This document shows, one piece after another, positions 24,225 to 35,300 of a stretch of DNA of 64,000 bases. This DNA comes from Blasia pusilla. Taxonomy: Eukaryota. The notes beneath the pieces were generated by a model, which saw only the letters and a list, made by a program, of their open reading frames with translations, made no database searches and had not been told where the DNA came from. Each line of letters starts with the position of its first letter. Positions within the stretch are counted from its first letter, which is position 1. The stretch spans positions 49,724,001 to 49,788,000 of the forward strand of contig CM114271.1 in the NCBI GenBank assembly GCA_050084515.1, in the 5' to 3' direction. Both the position numbers and the translations under genes were made by a program.

Positions 24225-24685
24225 TGTCATGACCATACGGATTATGTTGTAGAGTATAGTGTGCTAGTAGAGGCCATACCTTATGTAGGGCCGTAGTGTC
24301 TAGGTAGAGATGCAGGGTTGGGGGTTACTCAGTTGAGGATGACTTTTCCAGTAGGGCCCGCTCTTAGGTTGGAGGATATAGTGTGGAATGCACTCAAAGA
24401 ATAGTTAGTTCTTTGAGTTGAGCCTGTTGCGTTGGAAGTTAGCCTTGGTAGTGAGTAGAGCTCTTGGCTATGGTGGTTCCCGCAAGCTTCGACCTGGATT
24501 CTCCCATTGTCGAGTGGGTTTGGCTTGATTATATGTGATTCTATATGTGTTTTATGACAGTAGGTCTTCACGGATTTCAGTTATGGTACGCTTGTGTTTG
24601 TGGATGCTCTCATCTATGTTATGTATGTATGTGAGTATGGTATGTTAGCGATGTATGTTGTATGACGATGTGGATTCGCACAACA
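24225..24685 (+). repeat. 3' LTR of copy B (subfamily 2, 461 bp)
   Basis: Begins TGTCATG and ends CACAACA. Its last 107 bp (24579-24685) are duplicated at 24116-24222. Confidence 0.8.
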
Positions 24686-27600
24686 CATTTTGTTGAATGA
24701 GTAAAGGTCCGATGTTACTTGAGCTTTCAAATGAGACCTGATGTTACTTGAGCAGAGGTTGAAGTGCACACAGTGAGTTTGGAGGTTTCACATTGGTTTG
24801 TAACACATAAATACTTATACTCTGTAAGGTCCTGTAAGCCATGACGCCTCTTCGAATAGCAAGAGGCCATGAAATCGAAAGATCTTCCTCATGGAGCGGA
24901 TCTAAGTATCTTTAGAGACAAAAAAAATCGAATGATTAAAAAAAAACCGTTTTCATGGCGGAAGTACCAAAACCCTAAGGGCCCCCGTCCAACGGCTAAA
25001 AAAATCCCCTCCAACGATTTAGAATTGTGGAATTCACATATCAGACCATCTGAAAAGGTTGCATTTTACTTGGGCAAAAATGCCATGTGTCAAATGCTCG
25101 GGTGTATGCGTTACGAAAAGGCACTCTCCCATAATATTATAGATGAGCAACCTTATCATATTATCCACTTCTATCATAGTATCCACTTTAGTGTAAATAC
25201 AAGTATGCGGCCTAGTCTGAATAGTTGGGGTGAAAATGATAGTATGAGTAGTTGAGTTGAAAATGTTTATCATATTGTGGTGCAAAACTTTGAAGTGGAG
25301 ATTATTATGGCAACCATTATTATGAGTGGAGTGATACAAAATGTTACTATAGTAAAAAAATGTAACTAGTGGCATGCTTTGTTTGTCGAGGGGTAGTGTA
25401 AAGCGGAGGTGAATATATTTTAATATTGTTTAGCAAGTAGGTAAAGGATCACAGTTCATACATGTTGTAAACTCTCTGTTCACGACAAGTGACAGAGAGT
25501 ATTTGAGGAGTTAACTTTTTATTGAATATTGGATAATTGTGTGTGGATATTGGCTTCATTTATAATGAAAATGGTGAGGTTAATGTATTTCTCAAGAAAT
25601 GAGATGCATATTAAGACAAAGTATATGAAAAAGGCTTGTGAGTATACAAGAGGCAACAAGGACAAGCCAGAACACGATTTGTTGATAGAAAATGTAAGCA
25701 ATAAGCTTGAAAGTAGGAAAGAATAAGTTGTCACATACAGAACTTGAATGCATAGATGAAGAAAAATAGAAAGTCCAAAAAACATGCATGCATCATGGAA
25801 TCTAATCATGGGAGTCATAGTAGAGGATGCCAAATAGAAATGGAGTGAATCTGGTCGATAGAATTAATGAACCAGAAGGAGAAGATGCATGAAACAACTT
25901 GCAAAAGCTGATTATACTTATCAGACAATAAAGTCATGCGTAAGTGTCAGAGTTGATAGTGGATTAACCTTAGTAAGCAAGTGATGATGCAATTAAAGCT
26001 CACATGTTCAATGCTTGCAGAAAAAGAAACACCAAACACAATGACAAACAACGCTTGTGTTTGTTGTAAGCCTAGAGAGTAAGCTAAGAACTAGCCGCTA
26101 TACTCTCTCAACATCGACTAGATAATGGCAAGCTTAAGAGCAAGTGTTGGATTATCATGAATGAGAGGACAAACATTCTTGGCAAGACCAACAACCTAGT
26201 CCTTTGCATCACGCAATTGATTTTTCAAAGTATGAATCTCATTAATGCAAAGCAGGTTGCTACGAAGAGACAAATTGAGAAAATCATTCAATTATGCAAT
26301 TTTGTTAGACATAGCAAGAAGCCTATCTTGCGTAGCTCGGACTGAATCTATGTCGTGGCCTTGAGCAGATGGGAGGTGTTGCTCGTCAGCACTGTTGTCT
26401 TCGTTGTAGTGAATATGAATGTTGAAATCGTGATTGTTATTGTTGTTGTGATGAGATGCATGTGAGGAATTGTTTGCTTGATGGAATGGTCCAGGACGAA
26501 TAGGACAGCCCATTCGTAGTCCCGATCTCTGCACAGAGCAAACATGAGGTAGAGTTAAATTTACAAGTCGCCAAGACGGCAAAGTGTAATAGGAAAATAG
26601 TATTCAAAAATATGATTTGAAATTAAGAGTAATTAAGTGGTAAATGCATGAAACAAGAATACTTGAATGGATCATGAGGACATTTCTTACTAGATATATG
26701 TAAATCATGATTGCATCTAGCTGAATAGACAAAAACATAAACAACATGAATGGAAAATGGAAATCAAATATCAACAATGAAAATTAGAAGGGAAAACTAT
26801 AAAAGAAAAAACACAAGAAGACAAACCATTCGAATATAAATATGGCTTGATGAAAGTTATGCTCTAAAATAGAATATGAAATGTACTTAGAGTTGACACA
26901 CAACTTAAGCAAAGCCTCGATGAATTGAGAAGTGATGCAAAATTTATGCCAAGTCTCAATGTAAAATTGTTGTGGAAAATGAAGGTTGTGTGTTATGTGG
27001 AATGTTCAAAACTCTAGCACTGAAAAGACAAAACTTTGGAAGATAGAAAACTATCAATGCCAAGAAAGTACAACACTGAAAAATCTAGAGCTAAACATCA
27101 TAATAGCTATCTTAAAAACTTGTTGATGATCCTTGACTGCATTTTGAAATTGAACCTCAACCATACATGAAGGTGACACCAGAATCAATGACAACTTTAT
27201 CTCGGCTTGATAGTATCGGAGCCCTGGGACAACCAATGGGAAGATTTACAGGCGCGGCGTGTGGTCCTACCCGCAGTCGACCCTACACGAATTAGCGTGT
27301 TTTGTTTACTTTTCCGCTCTTTGTTCAATTCTCTGTGGCTTGATAATGATGAATAGAACTGAATTCAAGTCTTACCTAAAATGAAACTTAGTTTGCAACC
27401 ACGCATATTTGTGCTTGTTTGGAGAAGTGACAAGGAGGTTTGGATCATAAGAGGCATTCACTTGTGAAGGGAGTGGCGTATTGGTGGCATGGAGTGGATT
27501 GCTTTGTGGCAAAATAGATATAGAAGTTTGTGATGGTTCAACATGAGGAGTAGATAAAACAACGATGACATCATCAAAGTCTATAAATAACTAGAGTTGC

Positions 27601-28559
27601 AGAGGGTTATTAAGATCGATAGGCAAAGGAATGAATTTAGGAAATTGACCGTCGTCCGCTGCAACCTTCATTTATTCAATCAGCTCAGTTGCTTTGACAA
27701 AAGATAGACCAAGCAACATATTGAGTGGTAAGTGCATTTCATGCCTAAGTGTCCTTAGCTAATCTAAAAAAATTCCATCGCCAACGAGGTTGAATAAAAA
27801 AGTTGCATGCTTCCTGGTTTGAGATGCCTCTTTGAAGTCTACATTCCTAAACTTCAAGGCTTCCTTATGTATTCCTGAAGAAGTAGTGGATAAAAGCAAT
27901 CAAATCTCTTGAATAATGATGAGTAGAAAAAGACCAAGGCAATAATCGTTTGTTGAGGACAATAGGCTTTTTACCTGAAGCTAGTCTATCTTTGTGGATT
28001 TGGCAGAACTTTGAGTCCCACATCTGTCCTTGGTTTATGTAGCTTTGTATTTGCCTGCCAGTAACCCTATGTTCCCATAAACATGGGATTATACCTGGAT
28101 TATCTAAGTACTTCATCTAATTCTCTGTAGTAGTTGTGCAACGAGGTCTGGCTTCTTCTTGTTGAGTGTTTATGCCATTAAGGATCATGTTGGAAAATCC
28201 CAGATAGTTCACAAGAACCAAGCAATTTCACGTTAGTGGGTATGAGTAGAAAATAGTGGTTGATTAAGAAGAAGCAATATGACTAGCAACAAAAATCATG
28301 TGAAGCTTGGTGGTATTGAACTCCTGTTGTAGAGTGATAATACAACACATACTCAGGGGTACCTGCAACATTGTTATGTTGTTGTCGAGGGAGCCCAATT
28401 TGAGGGAGCTTAACGGAAGGATGAGCTTGGCCTGAAGATCTGGCTGAATAGTCGCGCATGGAGTTGGCTTGAGAAGCCATGTTTCTTAAGACTAAACAAT
28501 GTAAATCTTGGACTTCATGAATTTATTAATTTTTCCAAAGACGTTGAATTTTGTTGGTT

Positions 28560-30400
28560 CTAGTTGATCAAATATTCTAAGTTGTTTCCTAGTCTTTACA
28601 TGGGATAGCATAACATAAGCTAGTTCTATTGCAAAAATTGATCTAATGACTAATGACTCTCAGGTATGGAGTGAGCCATACTTGAGAGTTGCAAATTTGG
28701 ACCTTCCTATAAGTATAGATGCATTCCTTGACAATATAGTGACCATAATACCTACTAGCTCCTCATCATCATAAATTAGATCTACTACTTTTGCCAAGGA
28801 CTCATTGGCAGTATGCATCTTTAAATTAGTGTTTGAAGTAAGCATGACAGTGCAGTGAAGTGCAACATATTGTAGTTGGTGGAAGGTTTCATCTCTAATA
28901 CAAGAACTGAACTCATTAGTAAGTGGAGCATCTGTCTTCACAACTACCTTTAATTATAGAAGTATCCCCAAATAAGCGTATGAGAGAAAGAACATTAAAT
29001 ATAGTGACATCCTCACAATGAGTACATACTATTGTAGTGTCATTGTGAATGAAATCAATAGCCTCATTTTCAGAAACAAATTTATGAGATAAAAAGATGG
29101 TCAAGCTGAATTTGGCTTGGTTTTTTGCATCTCATAGAGTTTAGGAATTGGACATATTTTGGGTCTTCAGAATGTCTCATGAGAGTAGACAACTCATAAG
29201 TCATAATTTTTTCAAAAAATGTTGATGAAGTTAAATGATAGCTAGTGCAGAAACTAGTATTGCTATGGTTGCAAACTAGAGGTAATCGACATATATCACC
29301 AACTTAAAATACCAATTTTCCACCAAATGGACTCATGTGACCATAACATGAAACTTCATTCAAGCACATGGCAACTATTTGGAGAAGCTTAGGAGTCAGC
29401 ATGGAACATTCATCTATGACAACAACTTGTGTAGATTTTAGCGTTAATAATTATCAGACGTAGCATGCATATGTGGTAGAACACATCTAACTAGAATATT
29501 AATGCTAAACGCTAAATGGACAATAGTGGCCTTGATAGTGGCTTGATTATGAAGTCTAGTTGCCGCAATACATGTAGTGGCTGTTAGCAATGGACACAGT
29601 CCTACATGTGTCCAAACTTTGTGCATAAAATTTATGAAGTACATTTTCCCACAACCAAGAGGGTCTTCAAAAGAACTAGGCCTTTTAGAATTTCCAAAAT
29701 CTTGAAAAGAGCATGTTGCTTATTGTTCAAAGTAGAAATATCAGGTTCTGAATTTGTGTCTTGAGATAAAATACATGAGATGGTGGTGTCACTTATACAT
29801 GTAAGAAGCATCTCATTGATGCTCTTATCTAATTCAGGTTGGAGAATGTCAGTTATCTTAGCAAGCATTTCAGATAGATGAACCTATGCCCACAAGTTCT
29901 TGATGGCATGGGCCTTGACCAGAGTGTAAACATTCTCAATAATACTAATAATATTACGATGCATGCATTCATGTAAGTAAGTCCATGATGGTAAGTGACA
30001 TGATAGCATACAGGTTTCAGATCTGAAGGCAATATTGCTATGTAGAGCACTATAGAAGAACTCGTTCCGTTGGTGGAGAGGATGAAATTCTATAAAATGG
30101 ACAACCATGTTTGTGGCAAAAACTATAGTACCAAGATTGTCTAAGGCCAAGAATTTATTCATTTGCGCAGGGTAGGTTTTGAGTAATTCATATGGGGACC
30201 AATATTGAACAAATGTCAGGCTTTCAAGTTGTGGAGGCATGTTAGAGTATAGGACATTGGGATGAATACAAGGGATAGAGGCATTTCCGTATCAGGAGTT
30301 GCGCCTATGTGGTGGGTTAGAATTAATGTAGTGAACGGCCTGTGAACGAAAGATGATAGGGATCTACATGAAAGTCAATAAAAATTCTATAGACGACATA
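28560..30400 (-). pseudogene. Heavily decayed PIF1-family helicase, probably from a Helitron-like element
   Basis: Fragments CPLLTATTCIAATRL..TIVHLAF, VVVIDECSML, PFGGKLVF*VGDICRLPLVC and FAIELAYVMLSHVKT correspond to PIF1 motifs Ia, II, III and VI. Confidence 0.65.
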
Positions 30401-30454
30401 AATTATTCAAAACCATACTATAAATTAATTTCAATTTCATCTCATCTATTCCTC

Positions 30455-32375
30455 CTAGGCCTAGGCATTATTTAGCTTGTGAGGTCATTTGATTTGATGC
30501 ACCAGAGTCAATCTACCAATCTATTGTCAAGTCTTTCTTGACCATTGCTCCCATATAATGAGTCATGACCAAGAGATGCTCCGTTTATGAATGTTGTTGT
30601 TCTTGGTATTGCTCTCGGTGTTGTTGCTCGACATAGTTTTGTTGTTGTAAGGGTCTTGTTCTCATATCTGCCTTCTTCTTGAAGCAAAACTTTGCATAGT
30701 GACCCTTTATCCCACAGTAATTGCAAGATCCAGGGACCCTCTACTGCTGACCTCGATCCCAACGGTCTCCACCATCATCACCTTGTGATTATGTTTCGTA
30801 CTGGTTCGTAGTTGATTGAGTGACGTTATATTCAGTGCCTCTTCCTCCATATGCTTGATATCCACCACGACCACAGAGGTTTCTTCCACGGGCCCTACCT
30901 CTGTTTGATCCATAACCTACAAATAGCGCACTTTCTTGCAGACTAGACAAGCTACCGCTGCCTACTAGGCGTATCTCTTCACTAATCAACAGAGGAACTA
31001 ACTCTTGAAAAGTTGGATATTTCTCTCTCACAAAGATAGAGGTCTCAAAGGACTTGTAATCATTTGGAAGGCCTTGAAGAGTGAATAAAATCAGATCATC
31101 ATATTCTACTGTCACTCCAATGCTATTCAACTGATCAACAATATGTTTGATACTCAAAATATAATCATTGATGCTCTGCGATCCTTTTCTCACTTCACTC
31201 AATTGTTGTTTCAATTGAAGCTTTCTGACCTTTTTAGATGTCTAGAACAGCTTTTCCAATGCATCCCAGGCCTCCTTCGGACTATCAATATCTTGGATGT
31301 GACTTATCATTGGCGAAATGATCATTATTGAAATGTAGTGGATTACTTGCCTTGCGCGTTTGTTCCAAGCGCGAATATTCAAGTCTGTTGAGTCACCTTC
31401 TAGCTTGGCCTCATCACCTGCGACAAGCTCTCATAGTTCTTGACCCATGAGAAATTATTTCATACGAAACTTCCACACATTATAATTATGCTTATCTAGC
31501 TTTTTGCTTGTGATTGTTGTTGAGGAATACTCCATGATAAACGATTTCACTCACAAAAACGTAATTTCAGACTTTCTACTGCTCCAATTGAAGGATAGAC
31601 CAATCCTACACAGAAATCGACTTGAAATTTGCCAAAATTGATCAACTGTATGAAAGAACTAGTCAAAATTGGCTTGTAGAGAGCAAATTGCACAACTTTT
31701 CTTCACTAATTGCACTTTCCTACACTGAAAATTGCTACTGCATGAGCTCAGAGTGTCAGAATCGAGAAATTTTGGGTGCGTTGGAAAGCTCTCAACTAGT
31801 TCTACAAGACGGCTAGAATTAGCCTTTGGAATTTTTATAGCCAAAGCATACCCAGACGGCTGAATCGACCAGGAAAGCCAAAAAAATGCCTCCAAAGTTT
31901 TATCACCGTTAAAGCTCCACCTGAAATCTGCACCCACTGAGCTATGAATAAAATTTCCTTCTCCCAAATTGAAATTGTGCCTTCTCTTGCCTCTCTTCTC
32001 TCTTCAAACACCAAGAATTTCAAGTGATGTTCTCCTCTCGCTCTGATACCATGTGGAAAACTACTAAACAAGCATAATTGGTGGAAAATGGCTCTCACAC
32101 ACACACACCACCATGGAGGAAAAAATTTGCAATGAGAGAATGAGTGGAGGCTGGTCCTCTTCTCAATTATATAGGATATGTACAGACAATCATAACCCTA
32201 CCCTTAACGATAGTCTCGAGTTAGACTAATTGTGATTAACTAACCCTAGTTAAGATAATCGTGCTTAACTAACTAACCAAGATTAAGCTTCCCTACTTCA
32301 TGTGAGTACCAAATGTAGCAGCTCAGGTGTCTCATGAGCTTGACTGTAACTCAATCTTCAATACGTCCTACAACA
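30455..32375 (-). mobile_element. Ty1/Copia retrotransposon 5' part: LTR 32375-32052, PBS, gag, start of protease; truncated
   Basis: LTR TGTTG...CCACA followed by the tRNA-Met PBS TGGTATCAGAGC (32051-32040). Gag KLDKHNYNVWKFRMK...SINDYILSIKHIVDQLNSIG...LQGLPNDYKSF; zinc knuckle CNYCGIKGHYAKFC (~30730-30690); protease W*IDSGASNQMT (~30520-30480). Confidence 0.9.
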
Positions 32376-35300
32376 GTCAAGTGATGGGCGCCTTAGCTAT
32401 TTACCCGTTCGATTCATAGGTATAGTGATCGAGTGACGACCGGAAGAGATGGCGACCTTAGCAGCATTTAGCAGTGCCATCACTTGGCCTAGTGATTTGA
32501 TTGAGGGATATGTCCATGCAGAGGTTACTCCCGTTCGTGACATTTCTATGGAGAGGAGTTTCATGGTAGCCGCATCAGTTCGTAGAGGAGAGGTGCCTCC
32601 TGGGGGCTTGACTGAGGAGCTTCGACGCTTAGCCACTAAGCATGTGTAGATCGCGTAGAGCGAGACGTTTGCACTAGAGTGTGATGGGGTCAGAGGAACC
32701 CCAGGTAGGCAGGAGTGTTGCTATGACCCCTTTGGACACCGCTCCGATTTTGTGGTGCATCCCAGAGGAGGATATTCGGGTGTTGGATCTCTTTGGAGGG
32801 ATCAGCACTGGGTTAGTTGTTGTTTTGCACGTTGGAGTGCGCGTGCATTAATACTTGTATGTGGAGATTGATGATGTCGCCCGGCGCGCTTCACTTCACC
32901 ATGTGGCGCTGTTACGCCTCCGATTTCCCGACTTGTTGTCTACGTACGCCATTCAAGGTTACAAGAGTTCCCTACCGAGGGACATTTCATTGTTGGGGGC
33001 GTAGGACTTGAAGCGGGTAGGGACCATAGACTTGGTCATTTCTGGTTGGCCGTGTTAGGGCCAATCGAGTGCTGGATGAGGTAGTGGGTTAGCTGATACT
33101 CCGTCGAGGTTGTTTTGGGAGATGATGCAGATCTTGCGATATTTACATGAGCATCAGCCTCGTTCTCGAGCATACATTTTGGAGAATGTGCCAATTTTGG
33201 GCGATTCGAGGTCCCGCGTTGTGACGAGTGCACATCAGGTGCGCGCATGGATCGGCCCGACAATGTTGTTAAATGCGGTTGGTATAGGTTCTAGAGCAGA
33301 CCGCCCGCGTCTTTGGTGGACCAACTTGGTACTACATGAGATGTTGCGGAGGGCTTATGCGACAGTGGAGCGTCCCTCCGATTTTTTGGTGGATTCTATA
33401 TTGGATCCGGGCCGTCGATCACAGGCAGTGAGGCATGATGATCGACCGCCGTTGACTATGGTCAACATGATTCGCATGCCACGAGCAACCTTTCCCACAT
33501 TGGTGAGTTTTCCCGCTTCCTATGCATTCAAGGAGGCTAGACCTCGCTTGGTTTTGGATGACCAGACACAGAGGTTGGTGGAGCCCAACGCCGATGAGTG
33601 AGAGCAAGCGATGGGATTCCCCACATGAGGGACGGCAAGACTATCACTATCGGAGGCATCACGACGTCATGTCTTGGGTCAGGCGATGGACCTGAACAAC
33701 TTGACATGGATTTTCAGCTTAGGAGTAGCTGAGCAATGTCGTTTGAGGATACAAAAAATCATAAAAGTTGCGTTGGTGAGGCCCATGCCTACCGAGACGG
33801 TTGAGGTAGTGGCTGGGGGCGAGACCCGAGGAGATCGGCACACCAAGGGTGATCGAGAGAGACATCCTGGACTTCTTGGGATATTTTGCAGGTACGCAAG
33901 GAGATGATAGTCACAACATTGAGCGTGGTTGCGGGTCCTGCACGTAAAGATGAGAGTTTTATTATCCGAGACGAGGTTGCACCATAGCAACCACCGACAT
34001 CCGCGCTGGAGAGTCCTACCTTAGTCACGATGGAGACTTGGGAGCTAGATATGGACCCTAAGTTGACAAGAGGAGAGCGGCGTTGGATACACCACTTCCT
34101 TAGGAGCTATAGGAGTTGTTTTGAATTTAGTATGCATGATTCAGGTACGCTGAAGGGTCTAGGGATCCGCATTAAGTTATCGAGTGACAAGCCAATCTTT
34201 TGACGACCCTACAGGTACAGTGACCTGAAGAGGGCTCTGATTCAGAGTAGGATCCATGACTTGGTTGGAGCGAGACTAGTGGAGATGTTGCATGGAGAGT
34301 ATGCATCTGCCACTCTCATGCCCGCCAAGAAGGATGTGCATGGAAACTGTACGGATAGGCGGATGTGTGGAGATTACTGACCTATGAATCGGAAAACCAA
34401 GTCCAATAGGTATGCCATGCCCATCCCTGAGGAGATCTTTGATGCGATTGGGCATGCAAAGGTCTTCAATTCATTGGATTTGCGAGCCGGATACCATCAA
34501 CTACGTATCAGATTGGAGGACAGGCAGAAGACGGCATTTTGGGGCATCGATCCTCACGAGAAGGATTGTTTGTACCAGTGGCGGTTCATACCATTCAGGT
34601 TAAAGAAAGCCCTGGATGAGTTTCATAGGGTCATGGATAGGATCTTGGCAGGTGTGGATTTTGCTAGGTGTTATATTGATGACATTGTAGTCTTTAGCGC
34701 CACAGTTGAGGAGCATGAGCGACATCTAGAGGAGGTGTTTTGACGATTGCAGTTACATGGGCTAAAGCTACATCAAGGCAAGTGCAAGTTCTTCTACGAC
34801 CAGATTGAGTACTTGGGTCATACAATATACCTAGGGGGCTTTGGTTTGCAACAGACGAAGATAGAGGCTATTTCACACATTCCACGCCCTACAGATGTGA
34901 GTCGAGTTCGTGCATTCATGGGATTGGAAAACTTCTATCGACGGTACGTCAAGGGTTTCAATTCAATTAAAAAAGCCGCTAACCTTGATGACGAAGATGG
35001 ATCAAGAGTGGCACTGGGGGGATGAGCAAGAGAGAGCATGTCAGAAGCTCAAGGATAGATCGATATCCGTGCCCATATTGAGGAGATCGATCAAGGGCAT
35101 CCTTTCTAGTTGCATACCGATTAGAGCATGTTGGGGCTTGGAGCCGTGCTCACCCAGCATGACGATGATGGTAGAGAGTTTAGGATGCATGGTGTGTGAT
35201 CGAGTCCGAGCATGGTTCAATGCTCTGACTACACAGTGGCATCCACTTCCGATCATGGGTTTAGGTTATAGATGGAGTTTGGATTTTGCAAGACCTTTGC

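Larger units (their letters stand above)
18300..24685 (+). mobile_element. Ty3/Gypsy LTR retrotransposon carrying DNMT and PHD domains, copy B (subfamily 2); best-preserved copy, no 5' LTR in place
   Basis: RG-rich gag-like region (~18300-18900); protease YRVLLDSGAQ (~19220); DNMT 20025-20975; RT ~21400-22200; RNase H tail; integrase HHCC + DDE ~22695-23400; PHD 23810-23947; LTR 24225-24685. Confidence 0.95.

Noticed and set aside
24116-24685. DIRS/Ngaro tyrosine-recombinase element suggested by the split-repeat-like ends
   Set aside because: Pol has an aspartic protease and an HHCC/DDE integrase, no tyrosine recombinase is visible, and the solo LTR has TG..CA ends with a TSD.
25000-28500. 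Possible further decayed Helitron-like coding sequence on the minus strand
   Set aside because: Only vague similarity and many stops; no diagnostic motif could be read with confidence.
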